This document shows, in pieces, positions 45,215-54,920 of a DNA stretch of 64,000 nt (position 1 is its first letter; each line of letters opens with the position of its first letter). The translations under genes and the position numbers were made by a program. The DNA comes from an uncultured Actinomycetota bacterium (GTDB lineage Bacteria; Actinomycetota; Actinomycetes; JACCUZ01), in the NCBI GenBank assembly GCA_963726615.1, contig CAVSCX010000006.1:67343-131342 (forward strand), in the 5' to 3' direction. The notes under the pieces were generated by a model. The model worked only from the letters and a program-made list of their open reading frames with translations, ran no database searches and was not told where the DNA came from.

Positions 45215-45535
45215 GCTGAACCCCCCTCCTCGGACGTCCCTCCGACGTCCCGGAGCCCCCCCCGGTCCTCCGGTTCCCTTTCTCCGGCATCCGGGGCCCC
45301 CCCGCCATCGGCTCAACGGCTCCCTCGAATAGTCACTCCGTGCTACGACTAGGCCGATCAGGGCAACCGAGGGCGGGGTCTGTGACACCGCGTCACGACA
45401 GGCTGCGATCCGTAGCCTGCCTGACTCGGTCGTGGCGCGGTGGGTACGTCGAAGCGACGTGTGAGCACGGCTCCCGGCCGCGCGGCAGCGGTCGAGCCGG
45501 GCACAATTCGCGCCGACGTGGTGTTGGATCCGGAC

Positions 45536-47056
45536 ATGCCTGCGGACGCGCCAGCTGTTCCTTCGGGCGATGCGTCCGGCCTGGCATGGGGTGAGCCGCG
45601 GGCGCGATGGGTGCTCGCCGCGACGGTGCTCGGCTCGGGGCTCGCCTTCATCGACGGCACCGTCGTCAACGTGGCCCTGCCCCGGATCGGGGACTCGCTC
45701 GGTGCCGGCGTCTCGGGGCTGCAGTGGACGATCAACGCCTACACGCTGACCCTCGCGTCGCTCATCCTGCTCGGCGGATCGCTCGGTGACCGGTTCGGCC
45801 GGAGACGGGTGTTCGTCATCGGCGTCGTGTGGTTCGCCGTCGCCTCGCTCGGCTGCGGGATCGCGCCGAACATCGAGACGCTCGTGGCCGCGCGGGCCGT
45901 GCAGGGGGTCGGCGGGGCGCTGCTGACGCCGGGAAGCCTGGCCATCCTGCAGTCGACGTTCCGGCCCCAGGACCGGATGCGCGCGATCGGCGCCTGGTCC
46001 GGGCTCGGCGGCATCGCCGGCGCCGCCGGACCCTTCCTCGGGGGCTACCTGGTGGAGAGCGTCGGCTGGCGCTGGGTCTTCCTGATCAACCTGCCGTTCG
46101 CGGTCGCCGTGGTGCTGATCGCCACCCGGCACGTGCCCGAGAGCCGCGACCCGCAGGCCTCGCAGTCCCTCGACGTCGTCGGCGCCGCCGTCGGCGCGGT
46201 CGGCCTCGGCGGCGTGACGTACGGCCTGATCTCGTGGCAGGAGCGTGGACCTGGGTCAACGGTGGTGCTGGTGACCCTCGTGGGGGGACTGCTGGCGCTG
46301 GCCGGCTTCGTGTGGCGCGAGCGCGCTGCGCGGGAGCCGATGCTGCCGCTGGGCATCTTCTCCTCGGTCGCTTTCAGCGCCACCAACATCGTCACCTTCG
46401 CGGTGTACGGCGCGCTGAGCGGGTTGTTCCTGTTCCTGGTACTCACCCTCCAGATCGTGTCCGGCTTCTCGCCGATCGCTGCCGGCGCCGCCCTGCTGCC
46501 GGTGACGGTGCTGATGCTGCTGCTCTCCTCGCGGATGGGTGCGCTGTCTACCCGGATCGGCCCGCGGATCCCCATGACCGTCGGCCCGCTGGTGGCCGCG
46601 GCCGCCACCTGGTGGCTGTCCGGCCTGGACGAGACAGCGACCTACGTCGGCGACGTCCTGCCGCGGGTCGCGCTGTTCGGTCTCGGGCTGTCCATCACCG
46701 TCGCGCCGCTCACGGCGACGGTCCTCGCGGCGGTTCCGGACCGGCACGCGGGCATCGCGAGCGGGGTGAACAACGCGGTGGCGCGCGTGGCCGGACTCAT
46801 CGCGGTCGCTGCGCTCCCGCTGCTGGTGGGGCTGAACGGCTCGGCGTACGCCGACCCGGACCTGCTCCAGCCGGCCTATCGCACCGCGATGTACCTGTGC
46901 GCCGGCATGCTGGCCGCCGGCGGCGTCCTGGCAGCCCTGCTGGTCCGGGTGGAGGCGCCGGCCGGTGACGAGGGGCGCGCGGTGGAGCCGGAGCACCCGC
47001 ACTACTCGTGCCCCGTGACAGCACCCGAGCAGGCACCGTCAGCCGAGCGCGGCTGA
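45536..47056 (+). CDS. MFS transporter, DHA2 (14-TMS drug:H+ antiporter) family
   Basis: DHA2 motifs (FIDGTVVNVALPRI, GGSLGDRFGRRRVF) and 14 predicted TMs. I chose the ATG at 45536. Confidence 0.75.
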   Translation: MPADAPAVPSGDASGLAWGEPRARWVLAATVLGSGLAFIDGTVVNVALPRIGDSLGAGVSGLQWTINAYTLTLASLILLGGSLGDRFGRRRVFVIGVVWFAVASLGCGIAPNIETLVAARAVQGVGGALLTPGSLAILQSTFRPQDRMRAIGAWSGLGGIAGAAGPFLGGYLVESVGWRWVFLINLPFAVAVVLIATRHVPESRDPQASQSLDVVGAAVGAVGLGGVTYGLISWQERGPGSTVVLVTLVGGLLALAGFVWRERAAREPMLPLGIFSSVAFSATNIVTFAVYGALSGLFLFLVLTLQIVSGFSPIAAGAALLPVTVLMLLLSSRMGALSTRIGPRIPMTVGPLVAAAATWWLSGLDETATYVGDVLPRVALFGLGLSITVAPLTATVLAAVPDRHAGIASGVNNAVARVAGLIAVAALPLLVGLNGSAYADPDLLQPAYRTAMYLCAGMLAAGGVLAALLVRVEAPAGDEGRAVEPEHPHYSCPVTAPEQAPSAERG

Positions 47057-47057
47057 C

Positions 47058-47078
47058 GCGCTCGGGACGCCCGAGGTC
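47058..47078. terminator. Candidate bidirectional hairpin terminator (CTCGGG-acg-CCCGAG) between the convergent MFS and sigma-factor genes
   Basis: A perfect 6-bp GC-rich stem with a 3-nt loop, placed between two convergent stop codons. It has no clear U-tract, which is typical for high-GC genomes. Confidence 0.35.
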
Positions 47079-47085
47079 GAGGCGC

Positions 47086-48174
47086 TCAGCCGGCGTCGGC
47101 CACCCAGAGCCGCAGCCGCTCGAGCGCCTCGCGCTCGATCTGCCGGACGCGCTCGCGCGAGACGCCGAGCCTGCCGGCGATCTCCTCGTAGGTCTGCTTC
47201 GGCCCGGGCACCAGCTGGTAGCGACAGCGGATGACCTCCGACTCGCGGTCGGTGAGCTTGTCGACGAGACCGATCAGCTCCCCGCGGGAGTCGGCCTCCA
47301 CCACCAGGTCCTCGGGCGTGGCCTCGGACGCGTCGACCAGGTCACCGAGGGTCGTGCCGCCGTCGTCGCCGACCAGGGCGTCGAGGCTCGCCGGCGTCCG
47401 GGAGATCCGGTCCAGGTCGGCCACGACCTCGACGTCGACGCCCATCTCGGCGGCGACCTCGGCGTCGGACGCGTCCCGGCCGAGTGACGCCGACAGGTCC
47501 CGGCGGGTGCGGCTGAGCCGACTGAGCTTCTCGACCTGGTGCACGGGGAGGCGCACGGTGCGGCTCTGCTCGGCGATGGCACGGCCGATCGACTGCCGGA
47601 TCCACCACGTCGCGTACGTCGAGAACTTGTACCCCCGGGCGTAGTCGAACTTCTCGACCGCGCGCACCAGGCCGACGTTGCCCTCCTGGATGAGGTCCAG
47701 CAGGGGCATCGAAGCGCGGGTGTAGCGGCGGGCCAGGGAGACGACGAGGCGAAGGTTGGCCCGGATGAAGGCGCGCTTGGCCGTCTCACCCTGGTCGACC
47801 AACCGGGACAGCTCGACCGAGCTGGCCACCTTGCGAGCCTCGCGGAGCTTCACCGCGCGACGGTGGCCGAGCCCGTCCAGGAGGTGGCGGGCGTAGAGGC
47901 CGGCCTCGATCCGCTGGGCGAGCTCCACCTCGGTCGCGGCGTCCAGCAAGGGGGCCTTGCCGATCTCGTCCAGGTAGAGCCGGACCAGGTCGGGGGTGGC
48001 CACCTCCTGGTCGAACGCGTCGAAGCTGTCGCTGGCAGTCGGCGGGGCCGCGCTGTCGTCGGGTCCTGGCACGCCGGTGCGACGGGGCGCGTCGGGGAGC
48101 AGGTACAGGTCGGGATGGGACTGGGTCGTGCGCTCGGGCAGGGGCGCGGTTCGGGACAAGGGCTGCTGTGTCAT
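47086..48174 (-). CDS. RNA polymerase sigma-70 family sigma factor (group 2-like, with an N-terminal extension)
   Basis: Regions 1.2, 2, 3 and 4 are recognisable (LYLDEIGKAPLL, DLIQEGNVGLVRAVEKFDYARGYKFSTYATWWIRQSI, VIRCRYQL...YEEIAGRLGVSRERVRQIE). Confidence 0.85.
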   Translation of the reverse strand: MTQQPLSRTAPLPERTTQSHPDLYLLPDAPRRTGVPGPDDSAAPPTASDSFDAFDQEVATPDLVRLYLDEIGKAPLLDAATEVELAQRIEAGLYARHLLDGLGHRRAVKLREARKVASSVELSRLVDQGETAKRAFIRANLRLVVSLARRYTRASMPLLDLIQEGNVGLVRAVEKFDYARGYKFSTYATWWIRQSIGRAIAEQSRTVRLPVHQVEKLSRLSRTRRDLSASLGRDASDAEVAAEMGVDVEVVADLDRISRTPASLDALVGDDGGTTLGDLVDASEATPEDLVVEADSRGELIGLVDKLTDRESEVIRCRYQLVPGPKQTYEEIAGRLGVSRERVRQIEREALERLRLWVADAG

Positions 48175-48252
48175 CGGTCCCTTCTTCGTGCCTGCGACGG
48201 GATGCCGGGCACGTAGCAGTCAACGCGCGAGACCCTTCGAGGATTCCGGCGC

Positions 48253-49335
48253 GTGAGAGACGTGCCCAGCGGGGTAGACGCGGGCGTGACCATCTCCACG
48301 AGCCCGGAGCGCACCCGCGACATCGCAGCGCTGCGACCCGACCTGAGCGGCGCGCGGGAACGCACCGACCGCTGGGTCCACGACCTGGTGGCCGCCGGTG
48401 TCCTGGCCGCCGGCCGGCCCGGTGGCGGCCGGACGGCAGAGCGGTTCGCCCTGCTCGCCGACCTGGGGACCCTCGACCTCGACCTGGCCAGGCTGGGCGA
48501 GGCCCACCTGGACGCCCAGGCGATCCTGGCCGACCTCGGCGAGGCCGACCTCGTCGGGCCTGCGGAGGTCTGGGGGGTGTGGGCCGCCAACCCGCCCGGA
48601 GACCCGCTCCGCGCGGTCCGGCGGGGCGACGGCTGGCGGCTCTCCGGCACGAAGCCCTGGTGCAGCGGAGCCGGCTGCTGCGACCGGGCGCTCGTGACCG
48701 CCGTGGCCGACGACGGGTACCGGTTGTTCGCTGCCGACCTGGCCGACCCGTCCCTGGGACCCGTCGACGGCACCTGGCCGCCCACAGCGATGTCCGGCAG
48801 CGACAGCAGGTCGGTGCGCTTCGACGACACCCCCGCGCGCCCGGTCGGGGGACCGTCGGCGTACCTGGAACGGCCCGGCTTCTGGCACGGAGGGGCCGGG
48901 GTCGCAGCCGTGTGGTGGGGAGGCGCCCGCGGCGTCGCCCGGGCCCTGCACCGGGCGTCCGTCCGACGTCGCCTCCATCCGCACGCACTGGCACATGCCG
49001 GTGCCCTGGACGCTGGCCTGGCGGCCGCCTGGGCGCTGCTTGCCGCCGCCGCCCGCGCCTTCGACGCCGACCCGGACGACGAGTCCCGCACTGCGGCGCT
49101 GACCGCGGGCCGGGTCAGGGCGACGGTGGAGCAGGTCGCGACCGATGCCGTGGTCCGCACCGGGCGGGCCCTCGGCGCGGCCCCGCTCGCGCTCGACGTC
49201 GAGCACGCCCGCCGCGTCGCCGACCTCGAGCTGTACCTGCGCCAGAGCCACGCCGAGCGTGACCTCGAGCAGCTCGGCCGCTCGGCGCTGGAGGCCGGCG
49301 CGGCGCCGTGGACGGACGGTGACCTGCCGTGGTGA
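48253..49335 (+). CDS. Acyl-CoA-dehydrogenase-like protein (no clear flavin motif), first gene of a four-gene operon
   Basis: ACAD-like GTKPWCSGAG motif and a C-terminal helical domain. Confidence 0.5.
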   Translation: MRDVPSGVDAGVTISTSPERTRDIAALRPDLSGARERTDRWVHDLVAAGVLAAGRPGGGRTAERFALLADLGTLDLDLARLGEAHLDAQAILADLGEADLVGPAEVWGVWAANPPGDPLRAVRRGDGWRLSGTKPWCSGAGCCDRALVTAVADDGYRLFAADLADPSLGPVDGTWPPTAMSGSDSRSVRFDDTPARPVGGPSAYLERPGFWHGGAGVAAVWWGGARGVARALHRASVRRRLHPHALAHAGALDAGLAAAWALLAAAARAFDADPDDESRTAALTAGRVRATVEQVATDAVVRTGRALGAAPLALDVEHARRVADLELYLRQSHAERDLEQLGRSALEAGAAPWTDGDLPW

Positions 49336-50066
49336 CGGCGATCGACGCGGACGCCGGCACCGGCGAGGACGCCTGGGCCCGGTGGCTTCCCGCGACGTCC
49401 TGGCCCCCGCTCGACGTCGCCGCCCTGGCGGGGAAGCAGCTGCTCGTGCTGGCGGCGCACCCGGACGACGAGGTGCTGGGCCTCGGCGGACTGCTGTCCC
49501 TGCTGGCGTCGGTCGGTGCCGACGTCCGGTTCGTGTGGGCGACCGACGGCGAGGCGTCGCACCCCGGGTCGACCTCGCCACTGGTCCCGCGACTGGCGCA
49601 GGTGCGTCGGGAGGAGTCCGCCGCGGCGCTGTCGGAGCTGCGCCAGTCCTCTGCGCCGCGTGTGCACCTCGCCTTCCCGGACGGGCGCCTCGCCGACCAC
49701 GAGCACGAGCTCGCGAGGGCTCTGGACCGGCTCGTGGGCCCGGACGGCGTGCTGCTCGCGCCGTGGTCCGGGGACGGGCACCCGGACCACGAGGCGGCCG
49801 GCCGGGCCGCCCGGCGCGTCGGTCGCTGCGTCCTCGAGTACCCGGTCTGGACCTGGGTCTGGGCCCGTCCCGGTGACCTGCGGGTGCCCTGGCACCGGGC
49901 CCGCCGGATCGACCTCGACGCGCCGGCCCGGGCAGCGAAGGCGGCGGCGACAGGCTGCTTCCGCAGCCAGGTGGCGGCAATCGGGGCCGGGTCACTCGAC
50001 GGCCCGGTACTGCCGGACCGGGTGCTGGCGCACTTCCGCCGGGACGTCGAGGTGGTCCTGGCATGA
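49329..50066 (+). CDS. PIG-L/LmbE-family N-acetylglucosaminyl deacetylase
   Basis: AHPDDEVLGLGG zinc-binding signature. Its start overlaps the upstream stop. Confidence 0.8.
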   Translation: MVTAIDADAGTGEDAWARWLPATSWPPLDVAALAGKQLLVLAAHPDDEVLGLGGLLSLLASVGADVRFVWATDGEASHPGSTSPLVPRLAQVRREESAAALSELRQSSAPRVHLAFPDGRLADHEHELARALDRLVGPDGVLLAPWSGDGHPDHEAAGRAARRVGRCVLEYPVWTWVWARPGDLRVPWHRARRIDLDAPARAAKAAATGCFRSQVAAIGAGSLDGPVLPDRVLAHFRRDVEVVLA

Positions 50067-50677
50067 CGGGCACGAGTCTCGGGGCCGAGTACTTCGCCCG
50101 GATGTATGCGGCGGCCGAGGACCCGTGGGGGTTCCGCACCCGGTGGTACGAGCAGCGCAAGCGGGCGGTCACGCTCGCGGCCCTGGACCGGCCACGCTAT
50201 GCCCGGGCCTTCGAGCCCGGCTGCTCGGTCGGGGTGCTGTCGGCCGCGCTTGCCGACCGGTGCGACACCCTGCTCGCCGCCGACGTCGACGTCACCGCGG
50301 TCGCGGCGGCGAGGTCCGCGCTGGCCGAGCGGCCCCACGTCACCGTCGAGCGGCGAGCGGTGCCGGCTGACTGGCCGTCCGGGTCGTTCGACCTCGTCGT
50401 GGTCTCCGAGCTCGGGTACTACCTCGACGCCGGTGCGCTCGCCGAGCTGGCGCGCCGGGCCGCCGCCGCGCTGGTGCCCGGCGGGGCCCTCGTGGTCTGC
50501 CACTGGCGGCACCCGGTCGGGGACTACCCGCAGAGCGGCGACGCGGTGCACGAGCGGTTCCGGGCCGAGGCCGGCCTGGTGTCGGCGGTCCGGCACGAGG
50601 AGGAGGACTTCGTCCTCGATCTGCTCACCGCCGGCGCCGTGCCCTCACCGGCCCGACGCGAGGGGTTGACCTCGTGA
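50063..50677 (+). CDS. Class I SAM-dependent methyltransferase
   Basis: Motif I-like (FEPGCSVGVLSAALA) with acidic motif II. Translationally coupled to both neighbours. Confidence 0.7.
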   Translation: MTGTSLGAEYFARMYAAAEDPWGFRTRWYEQRKRAVTLAALDRPRYARAFEPGCSVGVLSAALADRCDTLLAADVDVTAVAAARSALAERPHVTVERRAVPADWPSGSFDLVVVSELGYYLDAGALAELARRAAAALVPGGALVVCHWRHPVGDYPQSGDAVHERFRAEAGLVSAVRHEEEDFVLDLLTAGAVPSPARREGLTS

Positions 50678-51429
50678 GCCGTCCCGTCGAGGCCGCCGCG
50701 GTCGTGGTGCCGGCGCACGACGAGCAGGAGCTGCTCCCGGCCGCGCTGCGAGCGATAGCCGACGCGGTGGCTCTCGTGACGTCGCGGGGCGGGCCACCGG
50801 TGGACGTGCTCGTCGTCGCCGACTGCTGCCGCGACCGCACTGTCGAGGTCGCGCTCGCGGCGGGTGTCCGGGTGCTGCCGGTTCGGGCGTGCTCGGTGGG
50901 GAGGGCTCGGGCCGCAGGGGTCGCCGACGTGCTGTCCCGGGTCCGGCACGTCCCGGCGGACCGGGTCTGGGTGGCCACCACGGATGCCGACTCGGTGGTG
51001 CCGCCAGGGTGGCTCGCCCACCAGCTCGTCCTGGCCGACGCCGGAGCCGACCTCGTGCTCGGCACCGTGGACGTGCGGGACTGGAGCCAGCACCCGCCGC
51101 ACGTCGAGCGGCGGTGGCGCGCGTCGTACGAGGCCAGGGACGGCCACCGGCACGTCCATGGTGCCAACGCCGGAGCGCGGGCCGACGCCTACCTCCAGGT
51201 CGGCGGGTTCGCCGCGGTGGACCGGGACGAGGACGTCGCCCTCGCCACCGCGCTCACCCACCGACGGGTGGTGCGCACCGGACGCGAGCCGGTCGTCACC
51301 AGCGCCCGGACGCGCGGGCGAGCTCCCGAAGGCTTCGCCGGGCACCTCAGCAGGCTCGGCGGACTCCTCGACGCGGCTCAGTGCGCGGGCAGCCAGGGCT
51401 CGGGGTCGACGAGCGTCGAGTTGACGTAG
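50674..51429 (+). CDS. Family 2 glycosyltransferase
   Basis: GT-A N-terminus (AAVVVPAHDEQELLPAALRAI...VVADCCRDRT) with DxD-like acidic residues. Confidence 0.7.
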   Translation: MSRPVEAAAVVVPAHDEQELLPAALRAIADAVALVTSRGGPPVDVLVVADCCRDRTVEVALAAGVRVLPVRACSVGRARAAGVADVLSRVRHVPADRVWVATTDADSVVPPGWLAHQLVLADAGADLVLGTVDVRDWSQHPPHVERRWRASYEARDGHRHVHGANAGARADAYLQVGGFAAVDRDEDVALATALTHRRVVRTGREPVVTSARTRGRAPEGFAGHLSRLGGLLDAAQCAGSQGSGSTSVELT

Positions 51430-52667
51430 AGCTCGAAGTGCAGGTGGCAGCCGGTGGAGAACCCGGTGGTCCCGGAGCTGCCGATCACCTGGCCGGCGCC
51501 GACCTGGTCGCCCACACCGACATCGAGGTGCGACTGGTGGTTGTACGTGGTGGTGAGCAGGACCCCGCCGACGGCGCCGTGGCTGACCACGGTCCGCCAG
51601 CCGTACGCGCTGTTCCAGCCGGCCTCGATGACTGTCCCGGCCAGGGACGCGTGCACCGGGGTTCCGCACGGGATCCCGAGGTCGGTCCCGGTGTGCAGCT
51701 TGTAGACCCCGGTCACCGGGTGCACCCGCATCCCGAAGGGGGAGGTCACCGGCCCGCGGGCGGGCCAGCCGAGGGTTCCCTGCCGGGGCGGAACTGTCGA
51801 GCCGTCCCGGCCTCCGGTGGCCCCCAGGTCCTGCCGGGCGATCGCCGCGAGGCGGCCCTGGAGCTGCGACGAGGTCCCGGTCTGCTGCGCGTGCGCCGCA
51901 TCCTCGCCGACCTGCGCCGAAGCGGCGGCTGCAAGGGCAGCCCGGCGGGCGTCGACGAGGGCCCCGACCCGCGACTCGGCGGCGGCCGCCTCCTCCGCCA
52001 GCCGGGTCACCGCAGCGAGGTCCCGCTGGGCCTGCTCGTCGGCGGCGGCGAGCGTGTCGCGGACCTGGGCCAGGTCGTCGGCGCGGGCACCGGCCCGGTC
52101 CTGCACCTGCTGCAGGTCCGAGAGCGCCGTGCGCTGTGAGGACGCGACGGCTCGCAACGCGACAAGGCGCTCGGCGAAGTCGGTGGGCGAGCTGGCCTCG
52201 AGGAGGACGGAGACGTTCCCGAACGCGCCACCGCCCTGGTACACCGCCCGCGCGAGGCGGCCGATCCGTGCCTGCTGGGCGGAGACCTCGGCGTCCTGTG
52301 CCTCGGCCTCCTGGGTCCCGAGGATGTACCGGACCTGCGCTGCGCCGCGGGCCTGCGCGGTCTGTCGCTGCCGCAGCCTGGCCTCGGCCAGCAGGGTGCG
52401 GGTGTGCGCGGCTGTCGCACGGGCACCCGGCAGCGCGCGGTCGGCCAGCCGCAGGTCGGCGTAGGCCCGGACCATGGTCTCGGACGACTCGGCCAGCTCT
52501 GCCCGCACCTCCGCCAGGACGGCGTCGAGCTCCTGCTGGTCCACTGTCGTTGCCGCCTTCGCCGTCGCGGCCGGTGCCGGTTCGTCGGCGTGGCCCGCGG
52601 CTGCCGGGCCGAACGCCAGCAACGTCACCCCAGCGGCCAGCACGGCGCGGCCGAGCAGGCGTCGCAT
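51378..52667 (-). CDS. Secreted M23-family (LytM-like) peptidoglycan endopeptidase with an N-terminal coiled coil
   Basis: Signal peptide, long Ala/Gln-rich coiled coil, and a C-terminal M23 domain (HTGTDLG...GSSGTTGFSTGCHLHFELY). Confidence 0.85.
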   Translation of the reverse strand: MRRLLGRAVLAAGVTLLAFGPAAAGHADEPAPAATAKAATTVDQQELDAVLAEVRAELAESSETMVRAYADLRLADRALPGARATAAHTRTLLAEARLRQRQTAQARGAAQVRYILGTQEAEAQDAEVSAQQARIGRLARAVYQGGGAFGNVSVLLEASSPTDFAERLVALRAVASSQRTALSDLQQVQDRAGARADDLAQVRDTLAAADEQAQRDLAAVTRLAEEAAAAESRVGALVDARRAALAAAASAQVGEDAAHAQQTGTSSQLQGRLAAIARQDLGATGGRDGSTVPPRQGTLGWPARGPVTSPFGMRVHPVTGVYKLHTGTDLGIPCGTPVHASLAGTVIEAGWNSAYGWRTVVSHGAVGGVLLTTTYNHQSHLDVGVGDQVGAGQVIGSSGTTGFSTGCHLHFELYVNSTLVDPEPWLPAH

Positions 52668-52776
52668 GGGCGTCCCTCACGGTGGTCCGGGCGGGCCCGG
52701 TCCGGGCCTCCCCAGAGTCGTCGGCGCCCGGCGGCCCCGGCTTGACCCTGGGGGCTGACGCTCTCTGGCGTTGCCG

Positions 52777-53565
52777 TCAGGCCGCTGCCTGCGCCTCGGG
52801 GACCATCTCGTCGAGCAGCCGGCCGAGAGCCCGGACGACCACAGCGGTGTCGAAGCAGGCAACCACCCGGTCGGCCGCCGCCATGCCCATCGCCGCACGC
52901 CGGACACCGTCCCCGGACAGGGCGCGCACGGCCCGGTCGAGGTCGGCGGTGGAGGGGACGACAAGGCCGCAGACGGCGTCGGCAACCAGGTCGGGGAGGC
53001 CACCCTCGGCTACGACCACGGCGGGTCGCCCGGCGGCCATGCCGTGCAGCACCCGGTGGACCGACTCGGGCGTGTCGTCGGCCGCGGCCACCGGCTCCGG
53101 GTCGTCCCCTCCTGCGCTGACCTCGTCGGGACGCAACGACGCGACGTCGACGGCCTCGGGAACCAGGTGCAGTGCCGAGCGCGGGACCCCGAGGCGCACC
53201 AGGTCGGCGAGCTCGTTCGGGGAGGCACAGAGCACGGCAGTGGCCCCGCGGGCCAGGGCTGCCTCGACCCGCGTGGTCGCCGGGTTGCCTGATCGACCGG
53301 GTCGGTCCATCCGCGCCAGCATCGGGACGGCGGTGCCGCGGGTGGCCACCATGCCGGCGAGCCCGGCCTCGACGCCCAGCGCGACAACGACGTCCGGTGC
53401 CGTTCCCCACCCGTCCCGGACCCGGTGGCCGAGCGGCCCGGCGTCGGTGAGCGGGAGTCCTGGCCGCTGGGTGGTCTCGACGTCGTGGCCCAGACGGTGG
53501 AGGCCGTCGGCGACCCACCGGAGCGTGAGGTCGTGGGGCTGGGAACACAGGAGGGTGATGCGCAT
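52777..53565 (-). CDS. Compact GT-B-fold (GT4-like) glycosyltransferase
   Basis: The C-terminal EGGLPDLVADAVCGLVVP motif resembles the GT4 nucleotide-sugar-binding region. 262 aa, which is short for this family. ATG at 53565. Confidence 0.5.
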   Translation of the reverse strand: MRITLLCSQPHDLTLRWVADGLHRLGHDVETTQRPGLPLTDAGPLGHRVRDGWGTAPDVVVALGVEAGLAGMVATRGTAVPMLARMDRPGRSGNPATTRVEAALARGATAVLCASPNELADLVRLGVPRSALHLVPEAVDVASLRPDEVSAGGDDPEPVAAADDTPESVHRVLHGMAAGRPAVVVAEGGLPDLVADAVCGLVVPSTADLDRAVRALSGDGVRRAAMGMAAADRVVACFDTAVVVRALGRLLDEMVPEAQAAA

Positions 53566-53728
53566 CGTGGCTCCCACGGTCGGGTCCGAGCCGGCCGGAG
53601 GGCCGGCGCAGCGCACCGGACTGCTGCAGCGCGCGCGATCGTGCTGTTCATGCCTCGACGGGCTCGCCGGCAAACACCCCGCCCTCAGCCCGGCGTCGCG
53701 TCCCTGCGCCCGCCGGGCGGGCCGGTGG

Positions 53729-54331
53729 TCAGCGTGGCTCGCCCTGCTGCACCTGCTGGAGCCGGGCGATCAGCTCTCGGCGGCTCATCGCCGAGCGGCC
53801 CTCGATGCCGGCTCTGCGGGCCAGCTCGTACAGCTCGGCGCGCGGCAGGTCCAGCCGGCGGGGCGTCGGCCCGTCGGCACCCTGCTCGCGCAGGGCGGCG
53901 TCCCGCGCCCGGGTGTAGTCGGCGCCGAGCGCGCGCACGCGGGTGCGGGTGACTGCCTGTTCCAGCGGCACGAGGACCTCGTCGACCAGGCCCTCGTGCT
54001 GGGCCAGCAGGGCGAGCAACCGGTCGCCGTGCTCGGCCAGCCCGGGGGAGTCGAGGTCGTCCGCCTCGAGTGCGGCGGCGGCGTCGTGGAGTGCCCGGTC
54101 CTGCCCCGCGAGACGGGCGGCGGCCTCCTGGACGGCGTCGCCGGCGGGCGCGATGACGGACGGGGTGAGCGTGGCGCGCTCTGCCGCGAGGTGCGCTCGC
54201 AGCAGACGGAGCAGCTCGTGGCGCCAGCGTTGCCGGCTCGGACCCGGCGCGACCACACGTCGCACCAGCCGCGGGATGCGCTCGTGGTCGTCCCGGACCG
54301 CCCGGACGATGCTGCTCGCCATGCGGCGCAC
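53729..54331 (-). CDS. Hemerythrin-like (HHE) domain protein with a C-terminal Rho-N-like domain
   Basis: N-terminal DHERI/helical pairs with H and E residues. C-terminal LYELARRAGIEGRSAMSRRELIARL resembles Rho_N. Confidence 0.45.
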   Translation of the reverse strand: MRRMASSIVRAVRDDHERIPRLVRRVVAPGPSRQRWRHELLRLLRAHLAAERATLTPSVIAPAGDAVQEAAARLAGQDRALHDAAAALEADDLDSPGLAEHGDRLLALLAQHEGLVDEVLVPLEQAVTRTRVRALGADYTRARDAALREQGADGPTPRRLDLPRAELYELARRAGIEGRSAMSRRELIARLQQVQQGEPR

Positions 54332-54403
54332 GTACCCCGCGACATGCCGGTCATTCCGGGCGGCGTGCCGCCCGCGCTTCGACGGACGGCACGCCGTGGC
54401 CGG

Positions 54404-54859
54404 TCAGGGTCGCTGCACCTCGCCGCGCCACTCGCCCGTCTCGTCCCCGCGGTCCTCGATGTACTCCTTGAACCGCGTCAGGTCGCCCTTGACCTGACGG
54501 CTGACGAAACCCAGGTGGTCGCCGGCCTTCTCCACCAGACCCTCGGGTTCGACGTCCATCTGGACCATGACCTTCGTGCGGTCGTCGGCCAGGCGGTGGA
54601 AGGTCACCACTCCGGCCTGCTTGGGGCCGTCGACGGAGGTCCAGGCCACCCGCTCGTCCGGAGACTGCTCGGTGATCTTGGCGTCGAACTCGCGGGTGAC
54701 GCCGTTCACCTTCGTCACCCAGTGCGTCATGGTGTCGCTGGTCTGCTGGATCCGCTCGACGCCGGACATGAAGGCGGGGAACGACTCGAACTGGGTCCAC
54801 TGGTTGTAGGCGGTGGTCACCGGGACGGCGACCTCGATCGACTGTTCGACTGTGCTCAT
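54404..54859 (-). CDS. SRPBCC-superfamily (polyketide cyclase / COQ10-like START) protein
   Basis: 151 aa with a typical SRPBCC beta-grip pattern (VPVTTAYNQWTQFESFPAFM...). Confidence 0.65.
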   Translation of the reverse strand: MSTVEQSIEVAVPVTTAYNQWTQFESFPAFMSGVERIQQTSDTMTHWVTKVNGVTREFDAKITEQSPDERVAWTSVDGPKQAGVVTFHRLADDRTKVMVQMDVEPEGLVEKAGDHLGFVSRQVKGDLTRFKEYIEDRGDETGEWRGEVQRP

Positions 54860-54920
54860 GTCGGTCGGCTGCCCGCAGCCGCGCGGGGGAAACCTGCCGG
54901 GAAGGCCCGATCGTCGGGCG

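Noticed and set aside
44552-46132. 526-aa ORF-track version of the response regulator
   Set aside because: Only the last 220 codons (from the ATG at 45214) have receiver and OmpR-wing similarity. The upstream part is Arg/Pro-rich and runs into the divergent MFS promoter region.
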